DNA of 61,319 bases from a virus. Taxonomy: Duplodnaviria; Caudoviricetes. Position numbers and translations under genes: made by a program. This document shows, in pieces, positions 18,723-30,200 of the stretch. The stretch covers positions 1 through 61,319 of IMG/VR virus record IMGVR_UViG_3300020045_016338; one strand, 5' to 3'. Numbering within the stretch: position 1 is the first letter of the stretch; each line of letters starts with the position of its first letter. The notes beneath the pieces are model-generated. The model did no database searches. It worked only from the letters and a program-made list of their open reading frames with translations, and was not told where the DNA came from.

Positions 18723-19366
18723 TGGCAAATCCATTGTTCATAAGTCAATTCTTTAACACCCTTGACTTCTTGGAAGTTTCATTCGCTTTGAAGCGGTATG
18801 AAGTCGGCCAGATCTTGAAAGGCGGCCAAAGCTTTGGCGCACGAATGGGTAAGCCACGTTGGATGATTTCCGGCGTGTTGCGATCGGAAAAGTTGTCTGA
18901 TCAGGTGCAATTGGAAGCACGTTTTGGACTACTTGAAGGTATGGCTGGATCCTTCTTTGCTTTTGATCCCCGCAAACCTTATCCGATAAATGACCCGACA
19001 GGATCTATTTTTACCGCAGGTGGTGCAAGTTGCCAAATCTCTGCAATTAACAGCACAGGGGATGGCGTCAAGTTTTCGGGGCTGCCCTCGAACTACAATA
19101 TCCAGTTTGGCGACTATTTCAGTATTGCGACTGGAACAATGACATATTTGTTCAGGAGTCAGACTTCGGTCACAGCGACTGGAACATCTACCGCCACATT
19201 TGCTATTGTTGAACCCCTTCTTATGACTGGTATCGCAGTTGGTAATGCGGTCAATTTTGTTAAACCTCAGGGGATCTTTAAACTGCCCCCTTCTGGAATT
19301 AAGTTCCCATCTTCCGCTGGAAATCGTTCCGACGGTATTTCATTCGAAGCATTACAGGTGCTTTAA
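18722..19366 (+). CDS. Distal tail protein
   Basis: Follows tape measure; F.AFDPR.PYP..DP motif. Confidence 0.6.
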   Translation: MANPLFISQFFNTLDFLEVSFALKRYEVGQILKGGQSFGARMGKPRWMISGVLRSEKLSDQVQLEARFGLLEGMAGSFFAFDPRKPYPINDPTGSIFTAGGASCQISAINSTGDGVKFSGLPSNYNIQFGDYFSIATGTMTYLFRSQTSVTATGTSTATFAIVEPLLMTGIAVGNAVNFVKPQGIFKLPPSGIKFPSSAGNRSDGISFEALQVL

Positions 19367-20073
19367 TGCGTTCAATGCCTACAGATCTATTGAACTATTT
19401 TCTCGCTCGTAAGATGGTAATCGAGGAGAAATTTCTTTGGGTATATGGTCGTAATCCTACGACTAATGCCATTGAAGAGTTTGGCTTTTGGACGGGCGAT
19501 CAAACTATAACTATTACAGTCACCAATCGACTAGGCGCCAATGTTACGCGTAATTACGTAGGATCTGGAACGATTATTACTGCGCCCGTAATTGTAGGTA
19601 CTCCGTCATTGGGTACGCAGAATGCAATTACGTTCGAACTCTCTGGAATTATTGACTATGTTAAGGACAGTTTGCGTGGTAAGAATATTCGTAATGCCTC
19701 GTGCGAAGTACATATTCTTTATCGACATGAAGACACTGATTTGGCGATTGCACCTCCTGAACTTGTTTATATAGGTCAAGGAGACGGGGCTACAGAACAT
19801 ACCAATGCTTTGTCGTATGACGGTAATGAAGCTGCGGCAATTCCTACATTCACTTTTACCATTATCCCGCATATCAGAGGGTTTCGGAAGAATTTTAAAA
19901 CACGTTCATACCAGCATGGATTAGAACGTGCAGGAGATACTTTCTTTAAATTCTGCGGTACTTCATGGATGTGGCGTATATGGTGGGGTGCAGGACGTAA
20001 GTCACATAAAGACAAGCCCAAGAAGAATCGGCGTACTGATGGGTATACTCCCGATTCATGGGGCCGCGATTAA
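19366..20073 (+). CDS. Tail tip/hub protein
   Basis: GFWTGD...Y.G.G pattern; synteny. Confidence 0.55.
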   Translation: MRSMPTDLLNYFLARKMVIEEKFLWVYGRNPTTNAIEEFGFWTGDQTITITVTNRLGANVTRNYVGSGTIITAPVIVGTPSLGTQNAITFELSGIIDYVKDSLRGKNIRNASCEVHILYRHEDTDLAIAPPELVYIGQGDGATEHTNALSYDGNEAAAIPTFTFTIIPHIRGFRKNFKTRSYQHGLERAGDTFFKFCGTSWMWRIWWGAGRKSHKDKPKKNRRTDGYTPDSWGRD

Positions 20074-20101
20074 TTGATTAATGTGCTGTAGGAGGCAAGT
20101 T

Positions 20102-20545
20102 ATGGCAATCATCAAGTTAGTAAATTGGTACACAAATCTGGTTAACCTGATTGATGAGCGTCGTACAACGCCTTTTGAACCTGGGTATCATGATTGTGGA
20201 CTTTGGGCGTCAGACTGTGTAAAGGCTATGACAGGGGTTGATCTTGCCGCACAGTTTCGGGGACAGTATACCACTATTGAAGAGGGACTTGCCTTATTGC
20301 AAGCAGCTGGGTATGCAGATCAAGTTGAATTTGCGGCGGCTGAATTTCGCGAATGCGGGCCTACATATGTACAAAGTGGTGACATTGCAGCAATCTCGAC
20401 ACCCATTGGATGGGCGACAGGCGTTGTAATGGGGCATATTGTATATGTTGTAACCCCAGGGGATGGGGGATTGGGTATTTTGTCAATCAGTCGCGTTGAA
20501 CGGGCGTTTCAAATTCCAGTGCAGGGTGAATTAGATGAAGCGTAA
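20102..20545 (+). CDS. Tail-associated NlpC/P60-like protein (DUF6950-like)
   Basis: F..G.HDC..WA...V.AMTG.D and GDIA motifs. Confidence 0.7.
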   Translation: MAIIKLVNWYTNLVNLIDERRTTPFEPGYHDCGLWASDCVKAMTGVDLAAQFRGQYTTIEEGLALLQAAGYADQVEFAAAEFRECGPTYVQSGDIAAISTPIGWATGVVMGHIVYVVTPGDGGLGILSISRVERAFQIPVQGELDEA

Positions 20546-23500
20546 TTATAACAGGCTCCTACGCCGCCTTCAGCGCGTTATTTACCGACTACAATCACCC
20601 CAAGCCCTTTTCATGTGGCTTATGGGTATTGTGCTTTTTGTTCCGATAACCGCCGAAGCTGCCCCTATCTTTACGATCCTGTTGACTGCTGTCGGCATGT
20701 CTGGTACGGCGTTGACAATAACTGCATCTATTCTTGGATGGGCTGCAACAGCTGTTGCTGGGTATCTGATCTCATCACTGTTCGTCGAAGAACCTAAAGA
20801 TCCGGGAGTTCGTCAGGACGTTGCGACAGGTGAAAAAGTTGGACAATCTTTTCTGGTCGGATACTATGCTACCGCAGGATCCCTTGTCTATATGGGAAGC
20901 TGGGGTAAAATAGGTAAGACGCCTAACGGGTATCTTACGCAGATTATGTGCATCTCTGACCTTCCATGTACTGCGATGCATGATGAGGTATATATTGATG
21001 ACAAGCCTTGCGTAATAGACCAAACTGCAACTGTCGTAATCGATGGTGTCAATGTAGGGTATCCAGTCACTACGTTTAGAGAGGGATCAACTGACTGGAT
21101 GTGGATCAAGTTCAAAAGTGGTTCGCAGACCACTGCCGATACTTACCTCACTACCAAGTTTGGAACAGGTTCACGTGTAATCAATTCTGCCTTTGTGGGT
21201 AAAGGGCGGTGCTATGTAATTGTAACTACTCGGTATAATCGGGACAAGTTTGAACAGTTTCCATCTGTTCTTCCTGCCTTCGACGGGTTTCCGCTGTTTG
21301 ATCTGCGTAATGGTGCGCACGATTATAACTCGTATAACACGCATGCATTCTCCGCAAACAACAAGGTTATTCATTACAACCTGATGCGCGGAATCTTTTA
21401 TGATGGAGAGTGGGTATTTGGCGGGCAAGATGTTAGTGGTGGTCCGCTACCCGCATATCTGTTTGATGCGACTACTTGGACTGCCGCAATGAATGCATGT
21501 GATGAGAATATTTCATTGGCAGCAGGGGGTACAGAAAAGCGTTTCCGCATGGGCGCCGAAATCTTTTTTAATGATGAGCCCACAGACGTCTATGAACAGA
21601 TCGATCTCAACACTACTGGACGTACATCTGAGTATGGCGGCATTTATAAAACATACGTTGGCGCGTATGGTGCAGCGGTATATTCATTTGATGACTCCTC
21701 AATTTTGGCGACTTATGACACTGAAAATACTTTTGTTCCGTCTCAGGACTCAATGTATAACAGGGTTGTTGGAAGTTATTCCGAGCCGGACGAAGGATGG
21801 CAGCTCAAAGCATTTAAGGCTAAGACTAAAGCAGCATATTTAACTGAAGACAACGGCCAAATATATGAAAAGAATATTACCCTTGGGTACACATATCGGA
21901 GCACACAAGCACAACGAATTGCATTGGCTATGCTTAAAGAGTCGCGTAACAACGTAACTCATCTATTTGCATTGCCGGCTGATGCATTTCGCTTGGAGCC
22001 TTTGGATATTGTATCCTTTACTTCGACGGGATACCAGTATACGAACAAAAAGTTTATTTGCGGCCAGATTCAACGTTTTGCAGAGGGGTACATTGTCGTA
22101 TCCTTGCGCGAAATCAATGACGCTGATAATGATTGGGTGCCTTCAACCGATGAAGACCCAAAAAGTGTTGGTGTACTTGATGAAGTATTCCCTGCTACTC
22201 AGACACTGTCGTTTTCTGCTAATCCATATGGCATCAAAAACAATGCTGGCACATTCAAGCGGCCGGGTCTGAAACTCAACTGGACTGTGGATGATGATGA
22301 TGTCGATTGCCGTGCAGTACGCTATCAGGTGCGGTTGCTCGACACCTCTTATGAAGTTTGCACCGGCCGTGTAGATTTTGATGAGGGGCGTGCCATCATC
22401 AGTGAAGGCATTGAACGTAATGAAGCTTATCAGGTACGTGCGCGGATCATTCCATATTCGGATCGTAAAACTGCTTGGTCAGCTTGGCAGACAGTGTCGG
22501 CTACCGAATACGGACCTATCACTGAGGATGATGTTGATTCCACACCTCCGCCTGCTATGCCCGATAATCCGGTATGGCTCCCGACTGTTTCTAATCGTCC
22601 GCAAGTTACGTCGGATGCTTCAAGGGATGAAGATGGTAAGATTATTATCACTGTCACTGTCGCCTTTGTGGAACATGCCAACCGACGCATCAATTACGAA
22701 GTCCGGGTCGCTATCGGGGCGGTGATCAAGTATTTCCCTGCCAAATCTTCACCGATCGAATTCAAAGCGCGATCAGGTATTGCTCTTGATATACGCGTGC
22801 GGCCAATCTCTACTTTTGGGGTCTTGGGGACTCTATCTGCAGCCACTACATTTACTCCCAGTAAAAATAGTACTGCTCCTGCTGACCCGACTAATTTCAC
22901 TGCAACGTCTATTGCAGGAGGAGATGCACGGTATGGAAAGATTATGTTGGAGTGGGATTACCCCGTAGAAGCGGACTATGGCTATACACGCATTCGCTGG
23001 AAGAATGACTCTGATTTTACAGGTTCAACTACCCTTAAGAATATTAAAGGCGATGGGTGGGTAGTCGGTAATCTTGGCAACAACGTCACAAAGTATTTCT
23101 GGATCCAGCATTTCGACACGTCGGGTAATCCATCTGGACGCACGCCTGCAGGTAATGGTCGTCGAGGTGACACGCGTAGAATAGAGACTGATGATGTTGG
23201 TACAGGCGAAATTAAGGAAGACAACGTTGGGACTAATGCAGTCTCCAGAACTAAGATTAAAGATCTGGCAGTTGATACAGGTAAGCTTGATGATCTAGCA
23301 GTAAAAACCGGCAAGCTTGATGATGAAGCATCAACCACTGCCAAGATCCAAAAAGGTGCGGTAACTTACTACAAGAGTAAGTCTGGAAAGTATGTTGGCA
23401 GTTGGACTTCAGCTACATCGGTTGGCCCCTTTCAAATATTTGGAGCGGGTAATATTCGCTTCACTAACCCATCCGGAGCTGTTGAATTTGTATCCATTGA

Positions 23501-23819
23501 CTATAAGATCAATTTGCGGATGTCTGCTGGTACGGGTATCGCAAAATCAATTTCTGCCTCGGTTATTCTGTATAAACAGCGTCTGGGAAGTTCCAAGAAA
23601 GTTCCGGTACATACTTTGAGGCTGTCATTGAAGAATAAGAAAGGTTCTAGTGCTGCAAAGGTTAAAACCTTGATAGGTAAGGCTCTTATTATAACCGGAA
23701 AGCCTGTTAAGGGGTCTACGTCAATATTTACAGCAGCTGTAAGAATTACTGGCGGTAATGCTACGTATGATATCGACGTAAAGAAGTATGTTGTGCTGGT
23801 TTCGGTAAACAAACGGTAG
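20535..23819 (+). CDS. Central tail tip / host-specificity protein
   Basis: 1094 aa; tip-attachment-like core (TQAQRIA, LEPLD), FN3-like region, 10-aa repeats. Confidence 0.8.
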   Translation: MKRNYNRLLRRLQRVIYRLQSPQALFMWLMGIVLFVPITAEAAPIFTILLTAVGMSGTALTITASILGWAATAVAGYLISSLFVEEPKDPGVRQDVATGEKVGQSFLVGYYATAGSLVYMGSWGKIGKTPNGYLTQIMCISDLPCTAMHDEVYIDDKPCVIDQTATVVIDGVNVGYPVTTFREGSTDWMWIKFKSGSQTTADTYLTTKFGTGSRVINSAFVGKGRCYVIVTTRYNRDKFEQFPSVLPAFDGFPLFDLRNGAHDYNSYNTHAFSANNKVIHYNLMRGIFYDGEWVFGGQDVSGGPLPAYLFDATTWTAAMNACDENISLAAGGTEKRFRMGAEIFFNDEPTDVYEQIDLNTTGRTSEYGGIYKTYVGAYGAAVYSFDDSSILATYDTENTFVPSQDSMYNRVVGSYSEPDEGWQLKAFKAKTKAAYLTEDNGQIYEKNITLGYTYRSTQAQRIALAMLKESRNNVTHLFALPADAFRLEPLDIVSFTSTGYQYTNKKFICGQIQRFAEGYIVVSLREINDADNDWVPSTDEDPKSVGVLDEVFPATQTLSFSANPYGIKNNAGTFKRPGLKLNWTVDDDDVDCRAVRYQVRLLDTSYEVCTGRVDFDEGRAIISEGIERNEAYQVRARIIPYSDRKTAWSAWQTVSATEYGPITEDDVDSTPPPAMPDNPVWLPTVSNRPQVTSDASRDEDGKIIITVTVAFVEHANRRINYEVRVAIGAVIKYFPAKSSPIEFKARSGIALDIRVRPISTFGVLGTLSAATTFTPSKNSTAPADPTNFTATSIAGGDARYGKIMLEWDYPVEADYGYTRIRWKNDSDFTGSTTLKNIKGDGWVVGNLGNNVTKYFWIQHFDTSGNPSGRTPAGNGRRGDTRRIETDDVGTGEIKEDNVGTNAVSRTKIKDLAVDTGKLDDLAVKTGKLDDEASTTAKIQKGAVTYYKSKSGKYVGSWTSATSVGPFQIFGAGNIRFTNPSGAVEFVSIDYKINLRMSAGTGIAKSISASVILYKQRLGSSKKVPVHTLRLSLKNKKGSSAAKVKTLIGKALIITGKPVKGSTSIFTAAVRITGGNATYDIDVKKYVVLVSVNKR

Positions 23820-23830
23820 AAGGTGATTGC

Positions 23831-24245
23831 TATGACAATGGAAGTTCTTTACTACATTACCGCTACCGGGGAAATTTCCGGATCAGCTCAATACGAAGAT
23901 GACACTTTGCCGGCGACAATAGACGCTGATATAGATCCACTGACGGAGGATTGGATCCTTGGTTCTGGGGATTATGACGAGGATTATATAACAGGAGGAG
24001 TTGTTACAGAACGCCCGCAGATTGTCGATTACAATGAAATTACTCTGCAGGCTAATGGAGTGACAAACCTTGACTTCGTACTACCCACTGGAACCAAGGT
24101 AACATACAACAATGCAACTGTAACTTCCACGGCGTCTGAACATTTTCAAGTACGCTCTGTTCTCAACGGAGAGTTCGTATTTGACTTTGATCCGCCCTTC
24201 CCCTACCGGCAGCTCCAACTCACGGTGATTTTCAATGCTGTATGA
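23831..24245 (+). CDS. Tail-associated hypothetical protein
   Basis: YY...TGEI..S start typical of small tail accessory proteins. Confidence 0.6.
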
Positions 24246-27200
24246 TCTTGTACAAAAAGCCGCACCAACTAGTGTTACAGGGCTTTCCAAGCCGAAAGCA
24301 AATCGGATCAGCTATACTGAAGTGACCGATGAGCGCTTGGACTTCTATGTAATCTACAAGTATGCCAGCTCGTCAGATGCGGCAAGCCATATCAATATCC
24401 TCGAGACGATCGTTACCTATGAGACGATCTATTCCGATCATTCCAACATGACTGCAGGCGTTGCTTATTGGTATCGAGTCAGCTACTACGACACCGATGT
24501 CAATGAATCGTTGAAGTCAACAGCCATTTCGGTCACCTATCAGGCAATTCTCGACACGGACACGTCACAAGATGATCCTAATGTGCCGACGGTGGCACTG
24601 GCGTCCTATACTGGTGATTACGATAACGATGGAGACATCGATACAGGTCTTACCATCACTGCAACTCCTGGAACGGTTGACGCAACTCATCCGAAGGCTG
24701 TGAGTTATGTGGTACAACTCTGGAAGTCGGCAACCAGCGGTGGAACCTATGTGTTCCACAAGCGTTATCCTATGCCCGAAACCGTGCTTGAGGTTGAAGT
24801 CCCTCAGAAATGGTTCTACAAAGCAATCATTAAGGCAGTCGGATGGAATGGGGTTGCTTCGGCCTTTTCGACGCTACCTGTTGGAGCTACTGGAGTCCAA
24901 CCAGCGCAGTACCTTGGTAGCATCCCGACGCCAGCAGCACCAACGATCACGCCAGTCGCAAACGGTATGGCTATTTCATGGCCGGATCCGTCTATCGCTG
25001 CCCCGACCTACAAGACGCACAAGGAGACAATCGTCTTCGTTGGGGGTGTAGAAGTATGGCGCGGCGCTGGTACGAAATTTACCGATACGACTGCCAGGAC
25101 TGTCGACACGAGCTACACCTACACCCTGCAGAACGTTGACAAACAGGGACGAGTAGGAACGGTTAGCAGTGGGACTGCGGCTGTTTATCGTGCAGTTCGC
25201 GATACGGACACTTCGCAAGACGATCCTAATCCTCCATCTGTTTCCCTCGCCTCGTACACAGGTGATGCAGATAACGATGGAGACATTGACACTGGCTTAA
25301 CGATCACGGTTACGCCGGGTGCTGTTGATGCCACACATCCGAAAGCGGTCAGCTATATTGTTCAGCTTTGGAAATCAACCTCTAGTGGCGGATCGTATTC
25401 ATTCTTCAAGCGCTATCCGATGCCGGAAACGGTCCTGGAGGTTGCTGTTCCGCAGAAGTGGTTCTACAAGGCAGCTGTGCGTGCGGTCAGTTTTAATGGT
25501 ATTGTGTCTACGCTAACGACTTTGCCTGTAGGTGCGACTGGCATACAGCCTGCACAATACCTAGGATCTATTCCTACCCCCGCTGCTCCGAGTGTTACGC
25601 CAGTTGCAAATGGTATGCAGATCGCGTGGACTGCTCCTGCGTACTCGACGCATAAAGAAACGATCGTATTCGCAGATGGTGTCGAAGTTTGGCGGGGTGC
25701 AGGTACTCGGTATATCGACGTTACACTTCGTTCTATTGGCACATCCTACACATACACTTTGCAGAACGTAGATAAGCAAAACCGTGTTGGAAGTGTGAGT
25801 TCTGGGGCTGCGGCTGTTTATCGGGGGCTGAGTGGTAACGAAAGCAACACTCTCGACGTCTCGGTGATGGCCGAGAATAACGATCTCAGCCTTGGTCCGA
25901 ACATCGGTTGGTCAAACTCTACCCTGATTGTAAGTGATCCAACAAATGCCTATAAGGGTGAGTACGTTATCAAGAGAGCCTATACAGGCGCTGCATCCAG
26001 TACTACAAACCGGAATAAATACCTCTTTCCTGTGAGAGCAGGAGAAGTGTATTACATTGGAGGTATGCTTAAGACGGATGCTTCTTGGGCGGGCAGCTCG
26101 TATTACTACCGGATTAGTTTTTGCACGGATGCCACTGGTGCGACAGAAGTTGCAACAGCCAATGGGCCGATAAACACTACCGTAAACACCAGCTGGTTTG
26201 AGACTGGTGGATTTGTAACAGTCCCTACAACCTCAACGATTGCTTATGCTCGTATAGAATTTGTCACACTCAACCAGACCGCAGGAACTGTCTTCGGATC
26301 TCATTGCTACTGCCGTGCGGAAACCTCCAAGAGCGTTATGCCTGGAGGCATTTTGCAGACACAAGCTGACCAGTCTGCCCCATCTATCCCAACAGTCTCA
26401 CTCGCCTCATATACCGGGGATATTGATGCTGATGGTGACGTGGACACAGGACTCACTATTACGGTCACCCCAGGTGTCGTGGATGCAACGTATCCAAAGG
26501 CTGTCGGTTACATTGTTCAGCTTTGGAAATCAACGACGAGCGGGGGGACATATACGCTTCACCGCAGAGTTCCGATGTCGGAAACGGTTACTGAAGTCAA
26601 GACGGCACAGAAATATTTCTACAAGGCAATCGTGAAGGCCATTAGCTTCAGTGGTGTGGTTTCTACGTTCTCCACGCTACCTTCTGGTACAACTGGAGAA
26701 GTACAACCAGCTAAGTATCTGGGATCTATTCCGACACCCTCGGCTCCGTCGGTCACTCCTATCGCTAACGGAATGTTGATCGCTTGGGCTGATCCTATCA
26801 TTGCAACTCCAGCATTTACCAACCATAAAGAAACCATCGTCTTTGTTGGCGGGGTGGAAATCTGGAGAGGCAAGGGTACTAAGTTCACGGACACCACGAT
26901 CCGAACGGTTGGCACCTCGTACACGTATACCCTTCAGAATGTTGATACACAATCGAGGGTTGGGAGCGTGAGCTCTGGGACAGCGATTGCCTACCGTGCA
27001 GCGAGCTCTGTTGAAATCGGAGTGGGTGCTGTAACCGCGAGCAACATTGGTCCTGATGCAGTTACCAGTGTTAGCTTGTCATCGTTTGACACATCGAATA
27101 TGGTCCGCGACCCTCAGTGTCTGCACCCATCACTTTGGGCCACAAATAGTGGAATAATTGCCTCGACTGCTACCGGCTTGATCTCCGCAAGTACAAATCG

Positions 27201-30200
27201 TCTGACTAGCACGGCAAATACCGCAACTGTGTGGATAAGCTCTCTTGATACAGATATTGCTGTCGAGGTTGGTCGAGCATACTACGCATCCGCATTTATA
27301 GACATGAATACTGGTACGGCAAACATGCGGTTTATGATCCAATGGTTTTCCATGGACATCTCCGGTGTGACAACCTTGATTGCCACCGATACGCTATTCA
27401 ATGGTTCGGTCTCAAGTTGGTTGGCTGTTAGCGGCGTTGCGGTTGCTCCCGCAAATGCGCGACGTGCTAAGATCCTGGTCCAGAAAGACGCCACGGCAAC
27501 CGCGCTCGACTTCACCTTCCACAGCCCCACCTTTCGTAAGGCGACAGACTCCACGACGCTGACCACTGGTTATGGTTCTAACCAGTTTGAAAACGCTGAT
27601 TTTGTCGCGGGCACAACTGGTTGGGGGATGCGTGCCTCTAACTTACCCGCGAACTTTGCACTCAGCCTGCGTACCGACACTTATGGTGTTGGGTACGGCT
27701 CTCTGCAAGTCTACCAGAACAATGGCACAACAGCTGTATACTACGATGCATGCCAATACAACCATTTGGGGGTCAGGCATTTTCCAATAACTCCCGCCAA
27801 GACATACGAGGCATCTGTTTACTACCTTGGACATCGTTACGATTCAGTTGTGCTGTATCTCCAATGGTTGGACAAAGATAAGGGGCATCTCTCTTTCTCT
27901 AACCTTGACTCCGCAACAACTCCTCGGGATAGCAACCCGGTTAGCCTCTTGTCCAACTATGGGCGCATGTGGGGTAAGGCTGTTGCGCCGACAGGGGCTG
28001 CTTACTGCATACCGTTCTTCCGTCATGGAGGTACACTTTCTGGGCAGGCTGATAGTTATGTCTGGTGGAACAGACCATTGTTCGGAGAATGTAACCCCAA
28101 CCAGCTCGAGGCGTCGCCGTGGGTTCCTGGCCCTCTTACGATAGTCTCGTCCGGGTATACGGATCCAACTCCTCCTCCAGTACCGTCTGTCTCTCTTGCC
28201 TCGTATACCGGCGATGCCGATAATGATGGTACGGTTGACACTGGCCTCACGGTAACGGTCACCCCCGGTACTGCGACCACTGTAGACCCGGTCAGTTACA
28301 TCGTACAGCTGTGGCGTTGCGACACCATAGGTGGAACCTATGTGTTCCACAAAAGGTATCCAATGCCTGAGACTGTTCGAGAAATTGAAGTCCCTCAACG
28401 GTATTTCTACAAAGCGATCGTAAAGGCCGTCAGCTTCAGTGGAGCTGTTTCTGCATTCTCGACGCTGCCGGGGGGATCTACAGGTGTACAGCCTGCCAAG
28501 TATCTCGGAACGATCCCAACACCTTCAGCCCCTGCAGTGACTCCTATTGCCGGTGGAATGTTGATTGCCTGGCCTGATCCAAAGATCGCAACGCCTGCGT
28601 ACACCGCACATAAGGAGACGATTGTATTCGTCGGCGGCGTGGAAGTCTGGAGAGGTGCTGGAACTAAATTTACCGACCCAACTATTCGTACTGCCGGTAC
28701 ATCCTACACGTATACTCTTCAAAATGTGGATGTACAGGATCGCGTTGGAACTGTGAGCTCAGGAACGGCGGCAACCTATCGATTGATCGCAGCAACTGAC
28801 ACTACGCAGACTGCTCTGGCTGTACCTGGAAATATACCAGTACTGACTCAGACTAGTCAGGATATCGACGGGGATGGATCAACGGACATCGCAATTTCTG
28901 TTACGTACACGACAGTTGCTGGGGCGACGTCCCATGAGCTTGAAATCAGCACATGTACCACTGTTGGTGGAACGTATGTAGTTCAGGAAATTATCCCTGC
29001 CACTGTCTCCCTCAGTAAGGAATTTGCTGCACTCACTACCCTGTATTACAAGGTTCGTTCTCGTGGGGTAGGATTCAATGGTGTCGCTGGTGGATGGTCA
29101 AATCCATCGACCGCATTGAAGCCAGTGAAACCAGCGAACACTGTACCAACTGTCGGTACACCAACCGTTGTTGCCTTCGCAGGCTTCAATCGTGTAACAG
29201 CACCGACTGTGGCAATCAGCAATCTGAAAAGATACAATGTGTACTCATACATCGGGACAACAACTACCCCTGGTTCAGCAGTACTGGTTGGATCAATCAC
29301 TGCAGGTAATCCCTTCGATGACGCTCGTACACTACTGGTGGATGGGAATACATGCTGGTATTATCTGACTGCAGTGGACAGCTGGGATAATGAAAGCGCA
29401 GCTAAATCTACAGGAGCGAGCACAGTATACCGAATCGTTGAACCTGGAGATGTGTCCTCAGATGCGATCATTCCCTCAAAGGTATTTCCGCGAGACTTCA
29501 CGAAATTGAATCGTGATTCGGAAATGATCGAATTGGCTAATTATACGTTTACTAACGCACCGACAACTGCGCGTATTGTTAATACAACAATGGGTCCAAG
29601 TCGGTTTGCCATTTCCATGACACGAACTGGCTCAGCTGTAGACACCTACATGTACGGGACTAAAGATACTCCTGTGGAGGAATTTACTAGGTATTTGTTC
29701 TCAGGATATGTCAATATTCCTGCATCAACTGTTGCACTCATTTATGTCGAATGGTATAATGTTGATGTGAGCGGGATTCCTAGCAATCTTATATCCACAT
29801 CAGCTGGCATAGCAGTTGCATCAGCTGCTGGAATTTCATCATTTGATGAAGTCTTCGTTGCTCCTGCTGCTGCACAGGCCGCTAGACTTGTAATTGAATT
29901 TACTGGGGGAACCACGACCAGTAATTTCCGGGTGGCTTCACTATGCTTTAGACGTATGATACATTCCCATGACTATGTTGATAGGTCAATTGACAACAAC
30001 AAACTTAATGGCTTACCACTAAACTATCTCAGCGGCTTTGAACTCTCTAATTATGGGCCGGATCCGGTAAATGATATTGAGGTCGAAGTAGGTGAGTGTG
30101 CTAGTTCCGCCGGTGACCGTATTGTACTCGCTACATCCCTTGTAAAACGGTTGGATGCAGCATGGGCAGCTGGAGACAATGGAGGAGGGCTTGATACCGG

